Program-made: the position numbers and the translations under genes
From: Actinomycetota bacterium
GTDB lineage: Bacteria; Actinomycetota; Acidimicrobiia; Acidimicrobiales; JAMCPL01
Reading direction: 5' to 3'
Assembly: GCA_023379675.1 (NCBI GenBank)
Contig: JAMCPL010000006.1
Span: forward strand, 12,957 to 76,956
Length of the DNA: 64,000 nt
Part shown: positions 30,610-39,815 of the stretch, piece by piece
Position numbering within the stretch: the stretch's first letter is position 1
How the letters are laid out: each line of letters begins with the position of its first letter
Notes under the pieces: generated by a model
What the model was told of the DNA's origin: nothing
What the model saw: the letters and a program-made list of their open reading frames with translations, nothing else
Databases searched by the model: none

Positions 30610-32447
30610 CAGTGGTCCTCCTTGGGTGCTTGACCGGTATGGTCATCTTCGAATAGTGCCTTCAATTCCTCGGGCATTTCCGGCAGCGGTTCAGGCTGTA
30701 CGGTGTGCGTGCCGTCCTGCATTCGCTGGACGAGATTGACTTTGGCGAATTCCGGATCGGGAGAAGGGTAGTCGTCCCTGGTATGGCCGCCTCGGGATTC
30801 CTTTCGGTCCAAGGCGCCCCTGGTCACCATCTCGGATACTGCCAGCATTGAAGGGAGGTCGGTGGCGAGGTTCCATGCAGGATTGTATTCCCTACCTCCC
30901 TGGACAGATGCTTTGCTTGCACGTTCTTTTAGCTTCGAGATCTCATCAAGAGCCTGGAGTAGTTCGCTTTCCGTACGTATGATACCCACCAGAGTTTGCA
31001 TGCATTCCTGGAGATCGGCATGTATGCGGTACGGACTTTCGCCGGTTTCCCTACTGAATGGCGCTAGGGCTTCCTTAGCGGTTTCCGTGGCCTGAGACAC
31101 CTCGGGATCGACCGTCCCGGCCAGCCCTTCGGCATAATCTGCTGCACCGATTCCGGCCCGCCGTCCGAATACGATCAGGTCTGAGAGGGAGTTGCCTCCA
31201 AGCCTGTTGGCGCCATGCATCCCCCCGGCAACCTCTCCGGCGGCGAAGAGCCCAGGTACGGTGGTGGCTGCCGTGTCGGCATCCACCCTTACCCCGCCCA
31301 TCATATAGTGGCAGGTGGGGCCGACTTCCATCGGTTCTTGAGTGATGTCGACTCCAGCCAACTCCAAGAACTGGCTGTACATGGAGGGAAGCCTTCTCTT
31401 GATGTACTCTGGTGTACGTCTAGAGGCTATGTCGAGGAACACCCCTCCATGAGGACTTCCCCGTCCAGCTTTGACCTCGGCATTGATGGCCCTTGCAACT
31501 TCGTCCCGCGGCAATAGGTCGGGTGTGCGCCGTGCCGAGGCATGGTCCTCATACCACCGGTCTGCCTCCTCCTCTGTTTCGGCGGTTTCCGCACGGAACA
31601 TCTCAGGTATGTAGTTGAACATGAAGCGCTGGTTTTCGGAGTTGAGCAGTGCACCGCCATCACCTCTTACTCCCTCGGTGACCAGCAGCCCTCTTACGGA
31701 CAGTGGCCACACCATGCCGGTAGGATGGAACTGCACGCACTCCATGTCTATCATATCGGCGCCTGCGGAGAAAGCCAGCGCATGGCCGTCACCAGTCGAT
31801 TCCCAAGAGTTCGAGGTATATTTCCAGGATCTGCCTATGCCTCCCGTTGCCAGAACGATGGCCTTTGCCTTGAACAGCACGAATTGTCCGCTAGGTCTTG
31901 TATATCCGAGTGCGCCACAGGCGTTTCCGCTTGCATCTACAAGTATGCGTAGTATCTTGTGCTCCATGAAGACCTCGATGCCCACGCTGGTGGCCTTGTT
32001 CTGAAGCGTCCGTATCATTTCGAGGCCGGTGCGGTCTCCGACATGTGCAAGCCGGGCATACCTGTGACCACCGAAATCACGCTGGAGTATGCGCCCATCA
32101 TCTGTACGGTCGAACAGAGCGCCCCACGCTTCAAGCTCCAGCACGCGATCTGGGGCTTCCTGAGCATGCAACTGGGCCATGCGCCAGTTGTTCAACATCT
32201 TGCCACCGCGTACCGTGTCTCTGAAGTGCACCTTCCAGTTGTCCTCTGAGTACACGTTGCCGAGCGCAGCGGCCACGCCGCCTTCAGCCATCACAGTGTG
32301 CGCCTTACCGTAGAGGGACTTGCAGATTACTGCCGTGCTAAGTCCTCTCGACCTGGATTCTATGGCCGCTCTAAGCCCAGCGCCACCTGCGCCTATGACT
32401 AGTACATCGAATGACTGGGTCAATATATCTTCTGTATTTACATCCAT
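30609..32447 (-). CDS. sdhA: succinate dehydrogenase/fumarate reductase flavoprotein subunit
   Basis: FAD-binding DVLVIGAGGAGLRAA, the HTVMAEGG covalent-FAD His region, and HPTG / HGANRLGGNSL motifs. Its stop abuts the sdhB start. Confidence 0.95.
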   Translation of the reverse strand: MDVNTEDILTQSFDVLVIGAGGAGLRAAIESRSRGLSTAVICKSLYGKAHTVMAEGGVAAALGNVYSEDNWKVHFRDTVRGGKMLNNWRMAQLHAQEAPDRVLELEAWGALFDRTDDGRILQRDFGGHRYARLAHVGDRTGLEMIRTLQNKATSVGIEVFMEHKILRILVDASGNACGALGYTRPSGQFVLFKAKAIVLATGGIGRSWKYTSNSWESTGDGHALAFSAGADMIDMECVQFHPTGMVWPLSVRGLLVTEGVRGDGGALLNSENQRFMFNYIPEMFRAETAETEEEADRWYEDHASARRTPDLLPRDEVARAINAEVKAGRGSPHGGVFLDIASRRTPEYIKRRLPSMYSQFLELAGVDITQEPMEVGPTCHYMMGGVRVDADTAATTVPGLFAAGEVAGGMHGANRLGGNSLSDLIVFGRRAGIGAADYAEGLAGTVDPEVSQATETAKEALAPFSRETGESPYRIHADLQECMQTLVGIIRTESELLQALDEISKLKERASKASVQGGREYNPAWNLATDLPSMLAVSEMVTRGALDRKESRGGHTRDDYPSPDPEFAKVNLVQRMQDGTHTVQPEPLPEMPEELKALFEDDHTGQAPKEDH

Positions 32448-32465
32448 TGCTGTGCCTATGCCCTT

Positions 32466-33317
32466 CTAAAATATCTTGTAATCATGAATAATGCCACTGG
32501 CGACAAGGCGTACATACAGATCAGTCAGTGCGACAAAGATGAGGCTTACCCATGCAAGCTGCATGTGCCTTGCATTGAGCGGCGTAATGGCTTTCCAGAA
32601 CCTGTAGCGGATTGGGTGTTTGGAAAACTTATTAAGCTGCCCGCCGCAGAGATGCCGGCAAGCGTGGCATGATACTGTATATATCCACAGCAGGGCAGCG
32701 TTGACGCATAGCACGAGAGTGCCTACGCTGAACCCTATGCCTTGTCCTGGAAAATTGAATGCAAGTACTGCATCCATCGTGAGCACTACGTTGAAGAGAA
32801 GAGCAAGGTAAAGGAAGTAGCGGTGGATATTCTGGAGTATGAGCGGGAAACGGGTCTCCCCAGTGTAACTCTTGTGCCCGTCTGCCACCCCGCATGCCGG
32901 AGGGGATTGCCAGAAGGAACGGTAGTAGGCTTTTCTATAGTAGTAGCAGGTCAACCGGAAGCCAAGAGGAACTATTAGTATCAGCAGCGCAGGTGAGAAG
33001 TTCCAGAAGGACGCCCATATGCCTAGAGGGTGGCTACCGGCTACACGTTGGCAGCTGTTTGCAATGCATGGAGAGTAAAAGGGTGAGATGAGGTTGCGAT
33101 GTTGCTGCGCTCCGACGTAATAGTAGCGACCCTGGAAAGCTGCGAATGTCGCGTAGGCGATAAACGATGTCAGTACGGTCACCGTTACGGCAGGGCTCAG
33201 CCACCACCTGTCCTGGCGCAAGGTGCGCCGACCCTCCGGTCCTCCGCGAGGTTTGCCTATCTCAACGGGAATTGCCGTCCCGGACTTGACTCCGGTGTCC
33301 TCAACTGTGCTTACCAC
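32466..33317 (-). CDS. sdhC: succinate dehydrogenase membrane anchor (single large cytochrome b-type subunit)
   Basis: 283 aa with 5-6 TM segments. First gene of the anchor-flavoprotein-FeS order seen in actinobacterial Sdh operons. GTG start preceded by AGGAGG. Confidence 0.75.
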   Translation of the reverse strand: MVSTVEDTGVKSGTAIPVEIGKPRGGPEGRRTLRQDRWWLSPAVTVTVLTSFIAYATFAAFQGRYYYVGAQQHRNLISPFYSPCIANSCQRVAGSHPLGIWASFWNFSPALLILIVPLGFRLTCYYYRKAYYRSFWQSPPACGVADGHKSYTGETRFPLILQNIHRYFLYLALLFNVVLTMDAVLAFNFPGQGIGFSVGTLVLCVNAALLWIYTVSCHACRHLCGGQLNKFSKHPIRYRFWKAITPLNARHMQLAWVSLIFVALTDLYVRLVASGIIHDYKIF

Positions 33318-33863
33318 AACAACCTCCTGTCACGACATCTTCTTTCGGCGGGTTGCCGACTCGCTGCCTATCAGCATGGGCAAACTCTTAGGCAGTGCCC
33401 TCGTCACAACCTCGAACGACCCATAGCTGCTTGCACCCAGTAGGCACGGTACCTTGTGCATATCAATACACATGCGTGCCGACCGGTGCGCAACAGTTAC
33501 CAGCCTGTTTGCAAGCTGAATCTACTCTGACAGTCTTAGCACAAGTCGTATTGCGCGTGCACATTCGAGGGGAGTGCAACATCTGTATATGTGTCGTGGG
33601 GATGCTGAAAGGTGCATGTTCACACCGGATGCTGTAGATGGTATCTTGCCAGTCCTCTTTCACGTATATCGTACAGCCTCCAATGTCTCGCCGGTACCCG
33701 GATGCAGGGTGGCCCGTTACAGGTTCGGATGCGTTGAACGTAGGTGCTGTCCTGGAGGTGAGAAAAAAATCCGGTCCAGGGGTTGCATTTATTGCTGGAT
33801 AGGAGCATACTACACAAATGTAGTTACAACCATGCCATATGATGGCGAGGGGAGGCGATTAGA

Positions 33864-34157
33864 ATGGAAATAATGTTGCGGCAAGCATACGACGAGGCAG
33901 GATTATCCTGGAAGCTACGGGCCAATTGCGCTGGCGTAGATCCAGATCTGTTCTTTCCCGAGCGTGGAGCTTCCACCAGGGAGGCCAAAGCCGTGTGCAG
34001 AGGATGCATTGTAAGGGAGGATTGTCTTGAATATGCCATATGCCATAGCGAGAAGTTTGGCATCTGGGGTGGCCTGTCCGAGCGGGAGCGGCGGAGGATA
34101 CGCCGCTCTAGGGCGGTGGCCCCAAGGCGTAACGTCATTACACCCGTAGCATCTTAA
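33864..34157 (+). CDS. WhiB family transcriptional regulator
   Basis: Four Cys (C...CxxCxxxxxC) and the GIWGGLSERERRRIRR turn/basic tail. Confidence 0.85.
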   Translation: MEIMLRQAYDEAGLSWKLRANCAGVDPDLFFPERGASTREAKAVCRGCIVREDCLEYAICHSEKFGIWGGLSERERRRIRRSRAVAPRRNVITPVAS

Positions 34158-34231
34158 TACTTTAATATCGTGTTGTAGCAGTAGGCTGAACGCGTACTGC
34201 CGTGATGTGGGCATAGCGCGGCGGCATGCAG

Positions 34232-35068
34232 TCAGCTTGTACGTGCCAGCCTGTTTTCTATCGTACGGTCTTCGTCGATGTCGAGAGCATGGTACTTTCC
34301 GGGTGCAACCTGCCTGAGGCTGTCCTGCGGCATGAGACCCACCAGTTCCGCTCGGTAGATGCCAACCCCGGCAATTGATGCGAGTGCATCAATCTGATCG
34401 AAGAGTGAATCAATCCGTACCGATCGAGTGTCGACTATGTTGCACGATACCTGCACGTAATCGCCAACCGGCAAACCGAGGGTCCGCAGGCTTGGAGATC
34501 TTAGCCTTGACGCTATATCGTGCGCAATACGTATTCTGCTGGTAGTTAGCCAGACATTGTAGGCGATAAGTACAGGGCGTGCTCCGATACAGCATGCGCC
34601 TGCGGTTGGATGAGGCACTGATGGCCCATCGTCCGGCGAGATGATGGTGAATGCTCCCTTGCGTATTTCCGGGAGGCTGCGATCAGGCCCATACTTGAAG
34701 CAAGGTACCCCTAGCCTACCAAGCCATCGTGAAAAGCTGTTCCGGGCTGCGATTGCTCTCGCCATGTCATCGTCGCTATAGGCGGGCTGCCCCCTATCTC
34801 CAAGTGGCACAAAGGGGACCACATCGAGAGCTCCCAAACGCGGGTGTACGCCGTGATGGCTGGTAATATCAATGTTCCTGATCACCCACAGTGCAACCTC
34901 ATGCACGGAGTCTAGGAGTTTCTTATCAGTTCCTGCCAAGGTTACAACGGTGCGATTATGATACCTGTCAGAGTGCATATCCAGGATATGTTCGCCTACC
35001 TTCTGGCAAAGTTCTCCCAATAGTTTCTCATTGCAGCCTTCACTAATGTTGATGACGCACTCAAGCAT
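34232..35068 (-). CDS. glutamate formimidoyltransferase (FTCD N-terminal type)
   Basis: N-terminus MLECVINISEG (compare ECVPNFSEG), HNRTVVT and HPRLGALDVVPFVP. Confidence 0.75.
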   Translation of the reverse strand: MLECVINISEGCNEKLLGELCQKVGEHILDMHSDRYHNRTVVTLAGTDKKLLDSVHEVALWVIRNIDITSHHGVHPRLGALDVVPFVPLGDRGQPAYSDDDMARAIAARNSFSRWLGRLGVPCFKYGPDRSLPEIRKGAFTIISPDDGPSVPHPTAGACCIGARPVLIAYNVWLTTSRIRIAHDIASRLRSPSLRTLGLPVGDYVQVSCNIVDTRSVRIDSLFDQIDALASIAGVGIYRAELVGLMPQDSLRQVAPGKYHALDIDEDRTIENRLARTS

Positions 35069-35253
35069 AGTGTTTCACGTATCTCATGGTCAGATTTGTG
35101 TATTGCTGGCAACCACCCGCCGGATCAGGAAAGAATGGTCATGCTACTGGCAACATTAAAACAGTGACCGCCGCCAAAGAGGAAACACTATATACAACGT
35201 AGTATGGCCACTGGCCAGCAAGGATCTCTACCTCGAGTACCGATAACAGTCCT

Positions 35254-35505
35254 TCAGTCTTGGCCTGACGAAACGGCGGCCAAGCGTCGCCTACGCAATA
35301 TCCTTCTTCTTTCCCGTTCAGACGCTCCGCCCCACACGCCGTGATCTATGTGGCCTGCGAGTGCGTATTCAAGGCAGTGCGTACGTACCTTGCACTCGGC
35401 ACAGATCCGCTGGGCTACCTGTACTCCTACTCCATCGGTAGGAAAAAATATTGCAGGATCCATGTCCTTGCACCGTGCATCTACCATCCATTCAGCGTCC
35501 ATCAT
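35254..35505 (-). CDS. WhiB family transcriptional regulator (WhiB1-like size)
   Basis: 83 aa with C-x(n)-CxxCxxxxxC and GVWGGASERERRRILRRRR. Confidence 0.9.
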   Translation of the reverse strand: MMDAEWMVDARCKDMDPAIFFPTDGVGVQVAQRICAECKVRTHCLEYALAGHIDHGVWGGASERERRRILRRRRLAAVSSGQD

Positions 35506-35969
35506 ACCTCCGTTGCTGTTAACTTACATTATACCATCAATACTGTGACCTTGTCACGTTTATCCCCGGATAAGCGCGGCCGTTTCGAGATATGCCTGTA
35601 TGCAGCGACTTTTTCGAGTATCATCGGCCCCGATGAGCGCACTCAGTGGTGATGTGCCGGGTAAGGTGGCGGCAGCCCTAGGAGCGTGAGTCAGAACCCC
35701 CGGCTGCTAACCCGGTAACCCTATATCTTGTGGTTCCGCCCTAAAACAACCACAATATCTTGTGTTCAATTTATATCGTAGTACGGTTCTGTCCCACGCT
35801 CCTAGTGGAAAGAGGATCCAGGAAAGACGTCCAGGCGCGGTTCACATTTATGTTAAGCTCGGTAGTTTCCCGTGAGTACAGCTTCGTGAGCGTGCGTGGC
35901 AGCGTTCAGCGGTGAGTTGCGCTCGGGATCGTTCAAGGATATGTATACAGATATACGGAGGTATTTACG

Positions 35970-36290
35970 ATGGCGAATACGATGGACAGCGAAGGTATGG
36001 AGGAGGCTTCTCCCGAGCCGGCGGGTACTGCCACGATTACCTATACGGGCCATTTGGCTCCCTACTGGGACATCCAGCTGGAGGGCAAGGAGCAGGGCGT
36101 ACTGGAGTCTTTCAGAGACAGGGCGATGGCACGCTTGACGATGCTACCGCCCTATGATCCGCAATTTCGAAGGAATGGCGAAAGGGTGTCAAAAGAAGCG
36201 GAGCGGCAGGGAATAGTACTTCACTGGAACTTGGGCACCGAAAGGGATTGGGTTTTCAGCGGTAAGGCCAGACCTGATGGCGATGCCTAG
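35970..36290 (+). CDS. hypothetical protein
   Basis: 106-aa ORF with GGAGG 9 nt upstream of the ATG. No recognisable motif. Confidence 0.4.
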   Translation: MANTMDSEGMEEASPEPAGTATITYTGHLAPYWDIQLEGKEQGVLESFRDRAMARLTMLPPYDPQFRRNGERVSKEAERQGIVLHWNLGTERDWVFSGKARPDGDA

Positions 36291-36326
36291 CGGCTCGTCC
36301 CGCAGATGATGGCGTGCTCCCACCGG

Positions 36327-37850
36327 TTAGATAAGGCCCTCTATCTTCAGGCGCTCCAGCCATAGTCCTGGGGCGTCCAGTTCTGCAACTGTGGGCAGGG
36401 TGGACTCCGATTGCCAGAGAATGTCCAATACTTTGCCACTGTCCCTCTGCAGGATGCCAGATATGAATTGCTTGCCTCGTTCCTCGTTTTCGGGATCAGG
36501 CCCGATACCCATGACCATGGTGATCATCTGCTGGCTGGATTGACCGACCTGGTAGCGGTGCCATGCCTCGGTGATTGTTGACTTGCCCCCGAGCAACCGA
36601 TCAGTGGCTATCTTCATCACGTAGTCGAGGTAACCCACCAGTAGCGCATTGATCGCCCTTATTTCCGCCTCGATGGATGCGTGGGCCTCCCTGCCGGCGT
36701 CATCAAGCAGGGATGCTGGATCAGATATCAGATGTTCGATATTTTGCAAACCACCGAATCCCTCCATCGCTCCGAATCCCTCAAAATCTTCGATGTTTTC
36801 CATATTGCCGGATGCAAACATGTCTCCAAAGTGCTGCATAGCGTTGAAGGAGGCCTGGGTGATCTGTGCATTGATCTGTGCGAGCAAAGAGCGCATCCGC
36901 CCGCCGATATGGGGCAGGGAGAGTATTTTGTGAGCAAGCATTTCCCTCAGGGCGATCCAAAGCCATACTTCCTCTTTCTTCAGCGACCAATCTTTTGAAA
37001 AAATGGTGATATTTTCGGGAACGACCATGATCTTTGAAGTATCCCGGCGAGGTACAAGGAGTCCGTACTGCCCGAGTTCCTGTTGCGCGAGGTATCCTAT
37101 GGAGGTTCCTAGTTGCATGGCGGATATGGCTGGTCCGATAACTTTCATCCAAGCGGACGCCATGGACGCGGGATTGGCCAAGTTGCCGTGCTCATCTGCG
37201 CCGTAGCCAGCCATAGGGCTTGTTTCTGCAGCAGGCCCAGGGATAGGGTGGCTGTAACCCGAAGCGGCCAGCGATGACTCCAGGCGTGACAGTATGCTCT
37301 CTTCCTCAGGAGTGAGCGAAGTTGTAAGGTTGTCCCCGTTTGGCTTGCCTGGAGCGTCGGCAGCGGTGTCTGTATCCGGCTTGTCGGCAGCGGTGGCGGG
37401 ATCATGGCTGGTGGCCGTACCATCTCTGGGCGTGCGTCCTGCTTCTTCGCCGCGGATGGATGTTGTACCTGGCACCTGGGGTGAGCCCGTGGATCTGCCT
37501 GGCTCTCCAGGCTCCGGCTCCTGCAGCAGGTAGCTCCAGTCCACGACTGTCTGTACAGCCCAGGCACCGCGGCCAGCAGGTTCAATAAGATCCGCCCAGC
37601 CAGCATGGTCGGCGAGCGGGGAGTCCGCGAGATAAAGTTCTGCAACCCGGCAAACGCGCTCGATCTCCATGCGCGTGGAGGGATCCACATTTGACTCAGC
37701 TTTCCCTCCTGTGGCTATTCCCAGTGCTATTGACTTTGCTATATCGACAGGTGACTGGGGAGTGAAGGATGTGCCCAGGAAGTTCATCATGCCACCTAGA
37801 ACCTGTCCAAAGAAATCGCCTGCCGGATCCTCCGGCTGCCCGAATGCCAT
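36327..37850 (-). CDS. DUF2342 / zincin-like putative metalloprotease family protein with degenerate metal motif
   Basis: 507 aa whose overall layout resembles actinobacterial DUF2342 proteins. Where the family usually has LWLALHExxH, this protein reads LWIALREMLAH. A long Pro/Thr/Asp-rich insert is present. Confidence 0.55.
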   Translation of the reverse strand: MAFGQPEDPAGDFFGQVLGGMMNFLGTSFTPQSPVDIAKSIALGIATGGKAESNVDPSTRMEIERVCRVAELYLADSPLADHAGWADLIEPAGRGAWAVQTVVDWSYLLQEPEPGEPGRSTGSPQVPGTTSIRGEEAGRTPRDGTATSHDPATAADKPDTDTAADAPGKPNGDNLTTSLTPEEESILSRLESSLAASGYSHPIPGPAAETSPMAGYGADEHGNLANPASMASAWMKVIGPAISAMQLGTSIGYLAQQELGQYGLLVPRRDTSKIMVVPENITIFSKDWSLKKEEVWLWIALREMLAHKILSLPHIGGRMRSLLAQINAQITQASFNAMQHFGDMFASGNMENIEDFEGFGAMEGFGGLQNIEHLISDPASLLDDAGREAHASIEAEIRAINALLVGYLDYVMKIATDRLLGGKSTITEAWHRYQVGQSSQQMITMVMGIGPDPENEERGKQFISGILQRDSGKVLDILWQSESTLPTVAELDAPGLWLERLKIEGLI

Positions 37851-37870
37851 GTACCTATTCTAACGCTTTG

Positions 37871-39691
37871 TCACTGGCATGACATGCTCGTACCAGATAA
37901 GTTCCCCGCAGGGCCGGAAGAATAGCCGGGTCCGGGACTGGAAGCGCTTGTAGCGGGTAGGGGTGAGTTGCCGGAAGATGCCGACGAAGTGGTGTCGGGC
38001 ACAGCTCCCTGCGCCTCCACCGGGCACTGGGATAGGCTTACAGGTACCTGGGTAGTACTGTTTCCCTGGTTGTTTCCGTGCAGTATCGAAAGGATTACAG
38101 TGGTATTGGGAGGCAGTACGTAAAGATTCGCTTGGAGCGAAGCAACCGTGGTGACTTGGTGGCCATCAATCGCTACAATGATATTGTTTGCCGATATACC
38201 TGCCTTCTGTGCGGCACTGCCAGGCAGAACCTTCGCTACGATCACACCTTTTGCATTGGAGGAATTCTCAGCAGCTATGCCGAGCCATCCATGATCCACC
38301 GCGTGATTGGCATACAGTTCCTTCGCAACGCCTACGGCAAGCGATGCCGGAACGTAGACGCCTACGGTGTCACCATTGATGTCGGTATTTCCAGCCAGTA
38401 TGCCGGCCACCTGTCCGTCCGTCTCCATTAGTACGGTCCCCGGGCTACTGGACGGGAATGGTGTGTCCATGATGACGCAGTCAAGTAGCCAGTGTTTGTT
38501 GCCGAGGCGGAGGGATTGCCCGGCATCTCTGATCATGCCGATAGAAACGGTGGTGGTGAGGGTGTACGATGGCTGCCTCACGCCGTGCCCATGGGTGCCA
38601 CCACCGTTCCAGCCATGCCAGCTCTGGCCGGCAGAGGAGCTGATAGAGAGGCCAAGCCTGCCTGCTTGCTGTGTATGCATGTCGAAAGTTGCCGGTTCGC
38701 ACTTTGACTGCACAGACATTACCGCTATACCGCTGTACGGGTCGTAACCGGCGAGCTTCGCCCGGTAAAGTTTGCCATTGCTTGTAAGGATCCGGAAAGT
38801 GCCGCCTCCTTGAGCGATGGAAGCGGACGTGATTATCATACAGGTAGCTGTCGCAACCACTCCGGTGGCTGTACGCGTGGTTGCGGAGTGACCCTGCGAA
38901 ACGATGACGGTTACCAGTGACGGTTTGATCTTGCCGGCTATCTTGATTAGATCAGGGGGTGCTGCCACCAGCCCGCTTCCCTGGTATGCACCACCCATTC
39001 CCAGCTGGCTCATATGCTTGGCCGTAAGCGGAGCTCCCGGCCGGTAGACTGCCTGGATGCTGTGTATTGCTGGCGCATGACCGGATGAAGGAGTGGCCAG
39101 GAAAAATCCCCCTGCGGATATCGTGATGGAGGCGCACAGCACCCCTAGAGCGATGGCCGTACGGCGCCGGTAAAGTCCAGTGTGGCCTCTGGCTTGTTGT
39201 AAGTGCCGTACTTGTTCAAGCTGGTCGATGCCACCGTTTACCGAGTGCAACTCTGACGGGTGCATCCATAGCCGATCGTCTGGAGGCACCCAACCGAGCT
39301 GCTCATCATCGTCCTCGAATGCCGGATTGTCGTAGTCTTCGGTAGAAGTATCCGTTGCATATCCTTCCTCGATGCCGACAGTGCTGTACGGGCCATCTCC
39401 GCCGGCATCGTTGCCGGTGTCGCCGTCCTTCCAGGCATGTCCCGTAGCAGCGCCCTCGTCCAGCATGGCGCCGTTATCGAGCGTGTCCTTGTCCATCTCT
39501 CCACCGTCTTTGCTGGGCGTAGTGTCGCCGGCGTGGTTCGTTCTGGTATGCTCCCTGCCTGCCGTGTTGCCCGCGGCGGACAAGTCTCTGGCGGCGGCTT
39601 CTTTGTCGCTGTTGCCAGAGCTGGCATTCTCGTCCCATCCTAGATCCGGGCTGTCGTTGTCCATCACCCAAATGATAACTGCCTGCACCAC
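37871..39691 (-). CDS. membrane-anchored HtrA-like protein with C-terminal PDZ domain (probable pseudoprotease)
   Basis: Acidic disordered N-terminus, one TM segment (IALGVLCASITISAGGFFL), a trypsin-fold-like region and a PDZ domain (GVIVAKVLPGSAAQKAGISANNIIVAIDG). Confidence 0.7.
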   Translation of the reverse strand: MVQAVIIWVMDNDSPDLGWDENASSGNSDKEAAARDLSAAGNTAGREHTRTNHAGDTTPSKDGGEMDKDTLDNGAMLDEGAATGHAWKDGDTGNDAGGDGPYSTVGIEEGYATDTSTEDYDNPAFEDDDEQLGWVPPDDRLWMHPSELHSVNGGIDQLEQVRHLQQARGHTGLYRRRTAIALGVLCASITISAGGFFLATPSSGHAPAIHSIQAVYRPGAPLTAKHMSQLGMGGAYQGSGLVAAPPDLIKIAGKIKPSLVTVIVSQGHSATTRTATGVVATATCMIITSASIAQGGGTFRILTSNGKLYRAKLAGYDPYSGIAVMSVQSKCEPATFDMHTQQAGRLGLSISSSAGQSWHGWNGGGTHGHGVRQPSYTLTTTVSIGMIRDAGQSLRLGNKHWLLDCVIMDTPFPSSSPGTVLMETDGQVAGILAGNTDINGDTVGVYVPASLAVGVAKELYANHAVDHGWLGIAAENSSNAKGVIVAKVLPGSAAQKAGISANNIIVAIDGHQVTTVASLQANLYVLPPNTTVILSILHGNNQGNSTTQVPVSLSQCPVEAQGAVPDTTSSASSGNSPLPATSASSPGPGYSSGPAGNLSGTSMSCQ

Positions 39692-39815
39692 TTTATGGAT
39701 GTCGGCCAGTGTTCTCCCGATGGCTTTCCCGGCGGCCTGGTGAGGGCGCGCCTGGGTGTCGCGTTAGCGTACCGTCCTGCCAACGGATAAGATGTTGAGC
39801 GAACAGGAGGTATAC

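Noticed and set aside
33318-33863. 546-nt gap between sdhC and whiB, examined for small ORFs, riboswitch-like sequence and repeats
   Set aside because: Only short, start-poor ORFs are present, and I could recognise no conserved RNA motif. It presumably holds two divergent promoter/UTR regions.
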